In this document: piece after piece, positions 26,334 through 36,104 of the stretch | How the letters are laid out: every line of letters begins with the position of its first letter | How positions within the stretch are numbered: position 1 is the first letter of the stretch | IMG/VR virus record: IMGVR_UViG_3300010412_000015 | Span: 1-59,727 of that record | Direction: 5' to 3' (one strand) | DNA length: 59,727 nucleotides | From: a virus | Taxonomy: Duplodnaviria > Caudoviricetes | Notes under the pieces: generated by a model | What the model was told of the DNA's origin: nothing | Database searches by the model: none | The model's input: only the letters and a program-made list of their open reading frames with translations | Position numbers and translations under genes: made by a program

Positions 26334-28310
26334 ATGATGCGCATCGGTCGCCACAAGCGGTACATCTCGAATGCTCTTGGGGAAGCCGCCCGCCCCAAGG
26401 GTAGTAGTACCAGTGCGGCCAACGATACCGGGTCTGTGGTATCCGGTCTCAAGAGCCGGCGCGGTTTCGTGCAGGGTGAGGATGGCCGAGTTCAAGCAGC
26501 GGTGCTGCATGAGCCCCTAGTGCCAAAGAAGACCGAGAAGGTCACTGCCATCGGTACGGGGTCTCCGGCCTCGGGCTTCGGTGGTGGTGGCGGTTCTGGT
26601 GGTCTTGGTGGTGGGGGAGGCGGCTTTGGCAACTCGTCGGCCCGCGTAGACCGATACAACCCGGTCTACGACGATCTCTCTCGCGGCACCGTTGCTGAGG
26701 ACTGGATTCCTCGGGACCCTCGCCTCCAGAACCGCATGTTCCGCATCATGTACAACCGTGGGGTCATCGAAGGCCCCGTGGTTGAGACCATCGCAGAGAT
26801 GTGCTGGTCTGACTTCGACCTAGCGGGCATCGCGGATGAGAAGATCCTTGATACCTACTGGGCGGCCAAAGAGAACGTCCGAGTAGACCGGTACCTGGAG
26901 GACATCACCAAGGAGTACCTGGTCATCGGTCGGGTGGTCATCCAGATGGTGCTGGATGCTCAGGCGGGCATCTGGTCCGACATGATCATCCACGATGCGG
27001 ACTACCTCAACATCGGGGCCATCCCGCGTGCGGGCTTCATGCCCAAGATCGACCTCATCCCAAGCCCTGAGATCCAGGCGTGGGTGAAGTCCACGGACGA
27101 GCGCGACATCGAGAGCCGCATGGGGATGCCCAAGGAGCTGCTCGATGCGATGGCCCAGAACCAGCCCATCCCGCTCGACCCCACCACCACGGCCTACTTG
27201 CCTCGTCGTTCGTTCTTCAACGACGTGTACGGCACCAGCTTCTTCGTTCGGAACATCCCGCTGTGGGGCCTGGAGAAGAGCCTCATCAACGCGACCCTGA
27301 CTGGCCACCGCCGCCGCGCCGGACCCATCACCCAGATTTCTGTGGGCTCTGAGCAGTGGGAACCTACGCCGGAGCAGATCGACGCCTTGGTGGCTGCCTA
27401 TACGGCGGCCGAAGAGGATTCGGTCTCCTCAACCATCGGCACCCGGTACGACGTTCAGTTCAACCAGATCCGTGGCTCCCTCCAGGAGATGTGGAAGTGG
27501 CAGGACGAGTGGAGCTTCCTCCAGGAGGCCAAGCTCAAGATGTTCGGTGTTTCTGAGCAGCTCATCATGGGCGACATGAACATCGACACTACTACGGCCC
27601 CCACGATCTTCATGGAGCGGCTCAAGGCTCACCGCCGCTACGTGGTCGAGACCTTCCTCATCCAGAAGTTCTTCCGTGCTCTGGCTGTGGTCCACAACTT
27701 CCGCCGCCGTTCTCAGGCTGAGCTGAAGCACCGCATCATCATCAACGATGATGAGCACGAGCTGATCCTCCCCACCATCATCTTCCACAAGAACCTCGAC
27801 ACCACAGCCGACATGGCCCGGGCTGACCTGCTCGACAAGTTGGAAGAGGTCGGTCTCCCAGTTGGCATGGCGGAGTGGAATCGGACCCTGGGCGGTGGCG
27901 AACTGATTGACCGTATGCGCTCGGCCAAGGAAGACCTCCACTTCCGTCTCGAAGCCATGCGGTTCCAGGCCCTGAAGCAGAAGGTCATGGACCTCTCTGA
28001 GGGCGCCTCATCGACGGAGAACCTCGATGAGGAGATCAAGAAGCTCCAGAAGGAACTGGAGGGCATCGAGTTCGCCGACGATGACGAGAGCTACAACATC
28101 AACCCGCTGACGCGCACAGAAAAGCGCAGGGCTCGGGAGATGTCGGATGGTGTGATTGAGTCCCGCGCAGACGGAAGCCTGTCACCCTCTCAAGTGTATC
28201 GCCCCCAAGATACCGCTCAAAGAGGCACTCCTGAGCATGACCTTTCACTTGATCGGTCACAGCTCAACCGTGATCCCGAGACGCTGAATGCGCCCGGAAA
28301 GGCAGTCTGA
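26334..28310 (+). CDS. Portal protein
   Basis: 658 aa, lies between terminase and protease, mostly helical, YGTSFF motif; assigned mainly by synteny. Confidence 0.65.
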   Translation: MMRIGRHKRYISNALGEAARPKGSSTSAANDTGSVVSGLKSRRGFVQGEDGRVQAAVLHEPLVPKKTEKVTAIGTGSPASGFGGGGGSGGLGGGGGGFGNSSARVDRYNPVYDDLSRGTVAEDWIPRDPRLQNRMFRIMYNRGVIEGPVVETIAEMCWSDFDLAGIADEKILDTYWAAKENVRVDRYLEDITKEYLVIGRVVIQMVLDAQAGIWSDMIIHDADYLNIGAIPRAGFMPKIDLIPSPEIQAWVKSTDERDIESRMGMPKELLDAMAQNQPIPLDPTTTAYLPRRSFFNDVYGTSFFVRNIPLWGLEKSLINATLTGHRRRAGPITQISVGSEQWEPTPEQIDALVAAYTAAEEDSVSSTIGTRYDVQFNQIRGSLQEMWKWQDEWSFLQEAKLKMFGVSEQLIMGDMNIDTTTAPTIFMERLKAHRRYVVETFLIQKFFRALAVVHNFRRRSQAELKHRIIINDDEHELILPTIIFHKNLDTTADMARADLLDKLEEVGLPVGMAEWNRTLGGGELIDRMRSAKEDLHFRLEAMRFQALKQKVMDLSEGASSTENLDEEIKKLQKELEGIEFADDDESYNINPLTRTEKRRAREMSDGVIESRADGSLSPSQVYRPQDTAQRGTPEHDLSLDRSQLNRDPETLNAPGKAV

Positions 28311-28313
28311 ACC

Positions 28314-29132
28314 ATGACCACGCTCATCATGCCCGACCAGAACGTGCTGTCCGCAGCGGTTGACGGCGGTAGCCACCACATCGTTCGTTCCTATGCCGAC
28401 CAGATCAACACCGAGGAGTCCTTCCGCCTGAGCTACGAGCGTGGCGGAGCCGACGGACGGCTGCTCATGGCTTCGGCTTCGGCGGTGGACCGCAGCTCGG
28501 TGGTGGACGTGTCCTGGCTGCCGGCCGCCTCGGAGGCGTACTGCATCTCATCGGACATCCGCGACTACGTGATCGCTGAGGTACCGATCGTCGAAGGCGA
28601 CGTGCCGAACCGCAACATGCACTGCTTCCTGACCAGCCGCCTGGTCGAGTTCGTGCCCAAGTTCGGTGTCCAGGCGTACAAGACCTTCGTCGGCAAGCCG
28701 GTCTTCTACGAGCACCAGCACGACGACAACACCAAGGCCAAGGGCGTCATTCTCGATGCCTCGATGCGTCAGGTGAACGGCCGCTGGTTCACCATGATCC
28801 TCAAGGCTTTCGACCGGACCAAGGACCGGAAGCTGGCCGAGGACGTGCTGTCAGGCAAGCGTCGTGGCCACTCGATGTCGGCCTGGACCTCCAACTTCGA
28901 CTGCGGCTTCTGTGGGCACAGGTGGGACACCTCCTACCCGCTGTCCTGTGAGCACGCGAAGGGTCCGATGCAGAAGCGCGTCCAGGGCCGCTACACCGGC
29001 CTCGGCGACATCATCAACGGCTCGCTGGTCTACGCGGCCACCCACGAGTTCTACTTCTTCGAGAGCAGCTCGGTGGGTGATCCGGCCAACTACGGTGCCA
29101 TGCAGGTGGACCAGGTTCCGTTCGGGGGCTGA
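28314..29132 (+). CDS. Prohead protease
   Basis: PNRNMHCF, YKTFVGKPVFYEH, KGVILD, SMS, CGFCG, FFESSSVGDPA; follows portal. Confidence 0.75.
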   Translation: MTTLIMPDQNVLSAAVDGGSHHIVRSYADQINTEESFRLSYERGGADGRLLMASASAVDRSSVVDVSWLPAASEAYCISSDIRDYVIAEVPIVEGDVPNRNMHCFLTSRLVEFVPKFGVQAYKTFVGKPVFYEHQHDDNTKAKGVILDASMRQVNGRWFTMILKAFDRTKDRKLAEDVLSGKRRGHSMSAWTSNFDCGFCGHRWDTSYPLSCEHAKGPMQKRVQGRYTGLGDIINGSLVYAATHEFYFFESSSVGDPANYGAMQVDQVPFGG

Positions 29133-29134
29133 CC

Positions 29135-29536
29135 ATGGACCGCCAGGCTCGCCGCCGTATCGCCCAGGTCCTGAGGGCCGCCGCCGCCGCACTGGATGGT
29201 GCGGGGTTCGGCGGCCCCATGGACCCCGTGAACATCGTGAATCAGATCAACAGGCAGCGCCGGAGCTGGTCCCCTCTGGTCCTCTACAGGATCATTGATG
29301 TGATGGGTAACAAGAGGACGTTCACCGTCTTTTTTGATGGCGGCCGTCTCCGTTACGTCATGCGCACGAACTGGGGAAACAGGGGCTACGAGGTGTCCCC
29401 ATGGGAAGTTGAGGAAGCCCTCCCCAAGAACGTGGACCGCTTCTCCTCCGTCAAGGCGGTGGCCAACTACATCACGTCTCTGCTCAAGCGGTACTACAAG
29501 GTAGTCGAGGTCGAGCAGCTTGAGGAGCTTGACTGA
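29135..29536 (+). CDS. Hypothetical protein with the shared leader
   Basis: MDRQARRRIAQVLRAAAAALDG. Confidence 0.65.
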   Translation: MDRQARRRIAQVLRAAAAALDGAGFGGPMDPVNIVNQINRQRRSWSPLVLYRIIDVMGNKRTFTVFFDGGRLRYVMRTNWGNRGYEVSPWEVEEALPKNVDRFSSVKAVANYITSLLKRYYKVVEVEQLEELD

Positions 29537-30177
29537 TGAACCGGAAGACCCGCCTCCACATCGCCAAGGTGCTCCGGGCCGCTGCCCAGGCCCTGGACCC
29601 AGTGTCTGCCGACTTCGCGGCCATCCCCCACTTCAAGAACAAGTGGATGCGGCTGTCGGTCAACGACCTCCGCAAGGACCCGAAGCTCCAGGAGGAGCTG
29701 TTCGAGCTGATCCACCTCGCCTACAAGCCCATCGGTGGTCACTTCAAGCTCCGGCGCCCGAAGGACCTGCTGGGCGGTGAGGTCGTCTTCTTCGACGCCG
29801 TGGACATCGACGATGACCCGGACGCCGACGCCGTGGCTCTGATCGACACCAAGCCCGCTGGCGAGAAGCACGTCGGCATGGGTCATGACGGTACCAAGCC
29901 CGCCAAATCGGCCGTCATCAAGCACAAGGCCGATGACCTCAAGAAGCATGGCATCTTCGCCGAAGTGTCAGATGCCATCGCACACATTCTTCTGACCCGC
30001 TACGACATTCCGAGCGTCAACGATCCAGAGACCGTTCGGAAGGTCCTGAAGGGCAAAGAAATCGAGTGGGTAGGCCCCCATCCGTCCGGCAAGTACCCCA
30101 ACAACCCTGGGTGGTACTACAGGGACATCGCGGGCCATCGCCACATGAAGATCATGGTGGGGAAGCCGAAGGCGTAG
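29536..30177 (+). CDS. Hypothetical protein with the shared leader
   Basis: MNRKTRLHIAKVLRAAAQALDPVSA followed by a globular domain (LIHLAYKPIGGH). Confidence 0.7.
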   Translation: MNRKTRLHIAKVLRAAAQALDPVSADFAAIPHFKNKWMRLSVNDLRKDPKLQEELFELIHLAYKPIGGHFKLRRPKDLLGGEVVFFDAVDIDDDPDADAVALIDTKPAGEKHVGMGHDGTKPAKSAVIKHKADDLKKHGIFAEVSDAIAHILLTRYDIPSVNDPETVRKVLKGKEIEWVGPHPSGKYPNNPGWYYRDIAGHRHMKIMVGKPKA

Positions 30178-30362
30178 AACACCATCATAAAACCGGGCGG
30201 GAGCAACCTGGTGTTGTAACTCTTGCCCTGTAGCACCCGGCTACACGCAAACAGAAGCCCGGCGTCTACGATAACAGGCTGCCCAGAGCAGCAAAAACCA
30301 AACACAGACTCAGGGCTTCGCTAACCCTGGCTCCAGATACTGGGGCCAGTAGAGGACGAGAA

Positions 30363-31721
30363 ATGAACAAGACCAAGAAGCAGGACCTGCTGATCGCCGC
30401 CAAGAAGGTCATGGCTCTGTCGGCCAAGCGCCGCGAGCGCATGGCGAAGGTGAAGGCCGAGGAAGAGGCCGCCCCCGCTGAGGAAGAGGTCGCCGCCGAG
30501 GAAGAGGCTGCGCCCGCCGAGGAGGAAGAGGCCGCCCCCGCCGAGGAAGAGGAGGCCCCCGTGGCCGCTTCCGTCAAGGCCAAGACCAAGGCTGCTGCCA
30601 AGGCCAAGACCAAGGCTGCGACCAAGACCAAGGCCGATGCGGTCGGCGGTCTGCCGCCCGCCAACGGTGGCTTCGAGGGCCAGCAGCTCGCGAAGGCCAA
30701 GGACTCCGCCAACCTCGGTGAGGAGGAGTACGGCTACAGCATCCCGCCGGAGCTGGAGCAGGCCATCGAGGAAGGCAAGGCCGAGGACTCCAAGGACGAG
30801 TCCTACCAGCCGGGCGTGCTCGTGCCCCCGGGCCTGGAGGACGCTGTGATGGCCGTGGCCGACCCGGCTACCCTCAGCAAGGCCGATTCGGACATCCGCT
30901 TCGACCTCGTTCCCTTCGTCCCCGAGACCGCCACCACCGCTGCCGAGGTCCTCAACGCGGGCGCGCACTGGGTGCTCTTCGCCAACGGTGACCCCGTGGC
31001 CAAGATCAACCTGGCCGACCAGGAGAACGCGGGCCGCATCGCCGCTCACTTCGTGAGCGAGGACTACGCCCGTTCGGTCATCCAGGGCATCCAGGCCGTG
31101 GGCCTCCACGAGACCCTCGCCTCGGTCAAGGCCAAGCCCTACGTGGCCAAGATCGACGAGAACGCCAAGATCGCGCAGATCAAGGCGCAGCTCGAAGCCC
31201 AGGCCAAGGAGACCCTCCGCGTCCAGACCGCCAACACCAAGAGCAAGTTCGTCGAGAACCTCGCCCTGGTGCTGGAGGCCAGCGCCTCGAACTTCATCGT
31301 CGAGAACCCCCTCAAGGACGCCCTCATCGCCTTCATGGCGTCGGCGGGCATCCCCGAGGCCATGGCGGCCGAGGGCGTGGACAACGCCTTCTTCCAGCAC
31401 GGCGTGAAGACCATCGCGGGCTTCCTCGACAAGGCCGAGGAGTGGGCGAACTACACCTCCGAGGCGCAGGCCGAGCTGCGTGCGACCCTGGAGGCCGCTG
31501 GCCGTCGGTCGCGTCCGCTGCCCAGCCAGCTCACCCCGGCGCAGATCAACCCCGACTACGACCGCAACCTGGCGAACCGGATGGCTGCCTCCGCCATCCC
31601 CGTCCAGCAGCCCGCCAAGATCGAGGCGGCTTCGAGCAGCACCGCCCTCGACCCCACGCCTGCGTCCTCGTCCTCCAAGGACAGCTACCGCAAGCGCTTC
31701 GGCGGTTTCCGCACCTACTGA
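30363..31721 (+). CDS. Capsid scaffolding/assembly protein
   Basis: Low-complexity EEEAAPA and KAKT repeats, helical body, extreme codon bias, located in the head module. Confidence 0.55.
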   Translation: MNKTKKQDLLIAAKKVMALSAKRRERMAKVKAEEEAAPAEEEVAAEEEAAPAEEEEAAPAEEEEAPVAASVKAKTKAAAKAKTKAATKTKADAVGGLPPANGGFEGQQLAKAKDSANLGEEEYGYSIPPELEQAIEEGKAEDSKDESYQPGVLVPPGLEDAVMAVADPATLSKADSDIRFDLVPFVPETATTAAEVLNAGAHWVLFANGDPVAKINLADQENAGRIAAHFVSEDYARSVIQGIQAVGLHETLASVKAKPYVAKIDENAKIAQIKAQLEAQAKETLRVQTANTKSKFVENLALVLEASASNFIVENPLKDALIAFMASAGIPEAMAAEGVDNAFFQHGVKTIAGFLDKAEEWANYTSEAQAELRATLEAAGRRSRPLPSQLTPAQINPDYDRNLANRMAASAIPVQQPAKIEAASSSTALDPTPASSSSKDSYRKRFGGFRTY

Positions 31722-31819
31722 GGTGATGGAGAGCAGCTCTACCGTAGCTGAGATGTACTGAAACCGAGACACTTACACACCCTCAACATCACCCCTTCAG
31801 TGGGGGAAGGAAAGAAACA

Positions 31820-32569
31820 ATGGCTATCAACCTCAACCTTTCGATCATGGAGCACAAGAAGGACGTGCTCCTCGATCCCTCCTACACCGGCGCGCTGGAG
31901 CGCGGCATGGTCATGGTGGACGCCGGCTTCAACGCGGCGGGCGAGCGCCTCGTGGCGCCCTCCGCTGGCGCGGGCGGCGAGCGCCCCGTGGGCTTCCTGT
32001 GGCTCTCGGAGACCAACCAGGCTCAGGTGCCGATCATCGAGAAGCTCGCGGTCCCCGCTGCGGCTCCTCTGACCCTCACGCTCCGTGAGCGTCCCGCGAA
32101 CGATGCCGCTGGCGTCCGTGCCTACAACACCGACACCGGCGCGGCCATCACCATCGTGGACGGCGCTCCCGGCGCGGGCCAGCTCGGCCTCGCGGCGGCC
32201 CCCTCCAAGGTGGTCACCGCCGATGTCGGCCTCGCTGGCGTGAACGTCACCCTCGTGTACGAGTTCGCCATCTCCGCTCAGGAGCTGGCGCGTCGCGGCG
32301 GCCGTCGTTCGGTCAACCAGGGTGCCGAGGGCCTCTACAACCAGGTGACCATCGTGTACGGCAACTGCACGATCTTCACCTCGTGCTTCGACCCCTCCGA
32401 CGCCCTCGACGTGGCCGCCAACGTGGCCATCAACAGCGGCCCGGGTGGTGACTGCGTGCTCGGCGGTGCCGGCACGCTCGTGGGCACCAAGGTCGCGGCG
32501 CCCCAGATGCTTCTCACCCCCGGTGTGGAGCAGGCGTTCATCGGCGTGGAGTGCAACCTCCCCGGCTGA
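31820..32569 (+). CDS. Head decoration/structural protein
   Basis: Ala/Gly/Val-rich beta protein, highly biased codons, between scaffold and capsid genes. Confidence 0.5.
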   Translation: MAINLNLSIMEHKKDVLLDPSYTGALERGMVMVDAGFNAAGERLVAPSAGAGGERPVGFLWLSETNQAQVPIIEKLAVPAAAPLTLTLRERPANDAAGVRAYNTDTGAAITIVDGAPGAGQLGLAAAPSKVVTADVGLAGVNVTLVYEFAISAQELARRGGRRSVNQGAEGLYNQVTIVYGNCTIFTSCFDPSDALDVAANVAINSGPGGDCVLGGAGTLVGTKVAAPQMLLTPGVEQAFIGVECNLPG

Positions 32570-32575
32570 TGATGT

Positions 32576-32623
32576 GAGCTGAGCCCCTGGCCAATAAAGG
32601 CCGGGGGCTCAGCTCCTTCTTTC
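32576..32623 (+). terminator. Intrinsic terminator-like hairpin
   Basis: GAGCTGAGCCCCTGGCC-AATAAA-GGCCGGGGGCTCAGCTC followed by CTTCTTTC. Confidence 0.7.
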
Positions 32624-32677
32624 ACACTCTCTTTCAAGCTCTACGAGCCCGCACTTCACGCTCAGGAGAACAAACCC

Positions 32678-33619
32678 ATGAACGGCACCCCGGCACAGGC
32701 CGCCCGCAAAATCCGTGAGGCGTTGAGCGGGCTTCAGGAAGCCTACAAGACCGCCTCCCCAGACGAACGCAAGGTGATCCGCGCCTGCGCGGCCGAGCTT
32801 CGTGACCTTCACCGCGAAGTCAAGGCCGGTGACTACATGGATGTCATCGACGAAGAAGAGATGGACGAGGACATGGACATGTCCGACTCCATGGGCTGCG
32901 GCGACTCCATGGATGACGACCTCGACATGATGATGGACGAGGAAGACGACCTCATGATGGACGAAGAAGATGACCTCATGATGGACGAGGAAGACGACCT
33001 CATGATGGAGGACGACCTCGACATGGGCCTCGAAGCTGAGCCCGGTCTGGAGGACGAACTCTTCTCCGACGACCTCATGATGGAGGACGAGGAAGAAGAC
33101 CTCATGATGGACGACGAGCTGGGGATGGACACCCTCGGCGACGAAGCCCTCTTCGAGGACGATGCCCTCGGCATGGACATGGGCGAGATGGATGACGAGG
33201 ACGACCTCGACATGCTCGACATGGACATGGACGACGAGGAGCTGGCCCTCTCCGCGCTCGACCTCGCGGCTGCTGCTCTGATGGCTGCCGCTGAGGAAGA
33301 GAGCGCTGAGGAGGAGGCCCCCGCTGAGGAGGAGGAGTCCGAGTCCGAGGAAGAGGCTCCCGCTGAGGAAGAGGCTTCCGAGGAGGAGTCCGAGGAAGAG
33401 GCTTCCGAGGAGGAGACCGACTCCATGGACGAAGCGGAAGCTGACCTCGAAGTCCTGACCGAGGACGAGCTGGCCGCGCTGGAGAAAGAGGGCCTTCTCG
33501 AAGGTTCCGCCTTCCGCGTCCCCAGCATCGAGGCTCGCCTCCAGCGAGTGCAGGGCCGCCTCGCTCGCCTGATGGCGAGCCGAGAGGCTGAGCGTCGCCC
33601 TTTCGCTCGTCGGCGCTGA
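32678..33619 (+). CDS. Very acidic Asp/Glu/Met-rich protein, possible core/scaffold
   Basis: DDLMMDEE and EEEAPA repeats between basic helical termini; RBS AGGAG. Confidence 0.7.
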   Translation: MNGTPAQAARKIREALSGLQEAYKTASPDERKVIRACAAELRDLHREVKAGDYMDVIDEEEMDEDMDMSDSMGCGDSMDDDLDMMMDEEDDLMMDEEDDLMMDEEDDLMMEDDLDMGLEAEPGLEDELFSDDLMMEDEEEDLMMDDELGMDTLGDEALFEDDALGMDMGEMDDEDDLDMLDMDMDDEELALSALDLAAAALMAAAEEESAEEEAPAEEEESESEEEAPAEEEASEEESEEEASEEETDSMDEAEADLEVLTEDELAALEKEGLLEGSAFRVPSIEARLQRVQGRLARLMASREAERRPFARRR

Positions 33620-33633
33620 GCACCACCGCGTTC

Positions 33634-34110
33634 GTGGACGGCCAGGACGAGCTGCAATCCGAGGGTGACCTCCATGCTCTCCTGGCGTCCATGACGCCCG
33701 CTGAGCGTCGTGATTACCTCAAGCAGCGCGTCCTGACCGCCAAGCGGCGGCGGAAGATGTCCAAGGCCGAGCGCATCACCAAACAGCGCAAGGCCGTGAA
33801 GAACCGAAAGCGGCGCAAGTACCGCTCTCGGATCTTCAAGTCCCGTCGGGGAATGAAGGCCCGTGGGATCGATGGGAAGGTGATTCGCAAGCGCTTCTTC
33901 GTCGTGACCTACGACGCCAACGGCAATACCCTCGGAACCCTTTGGTTCTCGACGCCGAAGCCGACTGAGGCCGCCCAGACCGAACACCTCGCCCAGCACG
34001 GCATCAAGCACCCGATGCTACTGCCCGTGATCAGTCCCGAGAAACTGAAGTCGATGAAGCACAGGCTCAACAGCTCCAAGCAGGCAAAGAACCGCCGAAG
34101 GCGTGGCTGA
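33634..34110 (+). CDS. Basic hypothetical protein
   Basis: Arg/Lys-rich 158-aa ORF. Confidence 0.55.
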   Translation: MDGQDELQSEGDLHALLASMTPAERRDYLKQRVLTAKRRRKMSKAERITKQRKAVKNRKRRKYRSRIFKSRRGMKARGIDGKVIRKRFFVVTYDANGNTLGTLWFSTPKPTEAAQTEHLAQHGIKHPMLLPVISPEKLKSMKHRLNSSKQAKNRRRRG

Positions 34111-34383
34111 CGGAGCACTACTTTCTAAGTCCCTTCTGTCATGAACAGCAGGGCACGTTTGAGACCGGTCATCCTACCTTTCATGTGACCACTCAAACGA
34201 AGAAGAAGTCGGGTCAATCTTCCCTCCCACTTCTCATCCTTCTCTGAGGGCAAGGCAGGTCCTTCTCTCACAGCAATAACAGGGGCTCCCGGCCCAGTAC
34301 CACCAACATTCCGCAGCTCGTCCTCTTTCTTTTGGGGCCGAACCAACCTGAGCTGCGGAAAGGCCCCTTGAAGGAGAACGCAA

Positions 34384-35523
34384 ATGACTCTCGTCATGCA
34401 GCGTCAGGACTTCTACGGGAAGACTCGGGAGCCGGTCATCGGCCACATGCCCGCGTTCGCCAAGAAGCCTGGCGGCAACGTCGTCGAGGCGGGTGGTCGC
34501 ATGACCAACGCCGCCGGTGAGATCAACGCCTACGACAACCAGGACCTCGCGCAGAAGATCAACGCGATCTACTCGATGGTCCAGAACCAGGAGATCGGTG
34601 CGGGCAGCGGGTTCGAGGACCCGGGTGCCGAGCGCGCCAAGCTCCAGGCCAAGAAGGAGCGTCACGAGGAGCTGGTGTCCGCCTACCACAGCGGCTCCCA
34701 GGACGAGCGCTTCAAGGTCATGGGCGAGGTCTTCGCGGAAGACGTGTGGGAGACCCTGAACCGCCAGGGCTTCACCCCGCAGCTCGTCGCCCGCAAGGAT
34801 GTCGTGGACGGCCAGGACAACCGCATCCGCAAGCGCCGCAAGGACGTGGTGGCCTTCCAGGTCGTCAACGACGGCGAGGGCATCGCGCAGGTCGTCGAGC
34901 AGGCGTACATCTACCCCCAGGACTACTACCTCCAGTGCCAGGTCCTCATCGAGGAGCGTGATCTCGCCCAGGCGGGTCCCGAGTTCCTCGACGAGAAGTT
35001 CCAGGATGCCCTGGAAGCCGTCATGGTTCGCCAGGACCGCATCCTCCGCAGCCTGCTCCTCTCGACCGCTGGCGTCTTCAACGCCCCGGTGTCCTTCGCC
35101 ACCTTCACCCCGCAGGTCCTCACGGCCCTCCGGACCCAGGTGGCCTCGAACGGCATCCCTGCTGCGCACATGCTGTTCTCGTTCGACATCTGGGACGACA
35201 TGATCGCCGACCCGGCCTTCACCGCCTGGTGGGAGCCCGTCCACAAGTACCAGCTCATCATGGAGGGCAAGCTCGGCTCGCTCCTCAACATGAAGCTGAT
35301 CACCGACGGCTTCCGCTACCAGACCCTCAAGGTCCTGGAGCCCGGTGAGGTCTTCGTGCTCGGTACGCCGATCACCCTCGGCCAGCGTGGCGTCCGCCGC
35401 GAGATCCAGAGCACCGAGATCAACCACTACCCGCTCGGCGCCCCGCGTCGTGGCTTCTACCTCATGGGCATCGAGAGCCTCCACGTCGAGGATCGTCCGG
35501 TGGCCATCGGTACCCGCGTCTGA
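34384..35523 (+). CDS. Major capsid protein
   Basis: 379 aa, strongest codon bias, RBS AAGGAG, own terminator, HK97-like late motifs (EGKLGSLLNMKLITD, VLEPGEVFVLG). Confidence 0.75.
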   Translation: MTLVMQRQDFYGKTREPVIGHMPAFAKKPGGNVVEAGGRMTNAAGEINAYDNQDLAQKINAIYSMVQNQEIGAGSGFEDPGAERAKLQAKKERHEELVSAYHSGSQDERFKVMGEVFAEDVWETLNRQGFTPQLVARKDVVDGQDNRIRKRRKDVVAFQVVNDGEGIAQVVEQAYIYPQDYYLQCQVLIEERDLAQAGPEFLDEKFQDALEAVMVRQDRILRSLLLSTAGVFNAPVSFATFTPQVLTALRTQVASNGIPAAHMLFSFDIWDDMIADPAFTAWWEPVHKYQLIMEGKLGSLLNMKLITDGFRYQTLKVLEPGEVFVLGTPITLGQRGVRREIQSTEINHYPLGAPRRGFYLMGIESLHVEDRPVAIGTRV

Positions 35524-35542
35524 CGCAGGTAGCCACGTCGGC

Positions 35543-35580
35543 AGAGAAGGGGGAGGCTTCGGCCTCCCCTTTCTCTTTCT
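35543..35580 (+). terminator. Intrinsic terminator after the capsid gene
   Basis: AGAGAAGGGGGAGGC-TTCG-GCCTCCCCTTTCTCT then TTCT. Confidence 0.8.
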
Positions 35581-35634
35581 GCGCACACTATGGTGTAGGG
35601 TCCGTGGTCTCTTCCCACGCCTTGGAGGCTTGCT

Positions 35635-36072
35635 ATGCCCGCATGGGTTGACACAGCAGAAGAAGAGAAGGCTTGGAAGAAAGCCAAGGGCATTGTTGCG
35701 GAGCAACGCAACAAGCGGGAGTCAGAGTTCACGGACAGGGATTGGGGTCTGGTCTCTCACATCGCCCAGAACATCCTCAAGTCTTCTGCCCTCTCGGCCA
35801 CGACTGACCGTGGTCTCATCTACCGGCTCGCCAAGGTGGATCGAATCCTCAAGGCCCGGGCTATCAAGGCCAAGGGAGATGAGGACCTGCCTGAGGACTC
35901 GAAGGGCCTGGTCGAGGGTCTGAAGAAGGTCATGAGCTTCGGCGGCCAGGCCATCGCCAAGCTCCGCAAGGCGGAGTCCTCTGGTATGGAGATGGAAGAG
36001 GCCAAGGCCCTGGCAGACGAGTTGATGGCCACCGCCACCAAGCTGGAAGAGCTGCTGAACGGCCTCAAGTAG
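35635..36072 (+). CDS. Hypothetical protein
   Basis: 145 aa, RBS GGAGG; EEKAWKKAK pattern. Confidence 0.6.
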   Translation: MPAWVDTAEEEKAWKKAKGIVAEQRNKRESEFTDRDWGLVSHIAQNILKSSALSATTDRGLIYRLAKVDRILKARAIKAKGDEDLPEDSKGLVEGLKKVMSFGGQAIAKLRKAESSGMEMEEAKALADELMATATKLEELLNGLK

Positions 36073-36104
36073 GGCTACAGAACACTCTGGGGGTGAGGTA
36101 GCCC

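Noticed and set aside
30321-31772. Long antisense ORFs (also 32833..34011, 34234..35706, 39650..41614, 49595..50893, 54962..56275)
   Set aside because: Shadow frames of GC3-biased genes on the opposite strand, with no recognisable motifs
32928-33110. Short tandem repeats here and at 49071-49133 as a CRISPR array
   Set aside because: In-frame coding repeats without unique spacers; no cas genes seen
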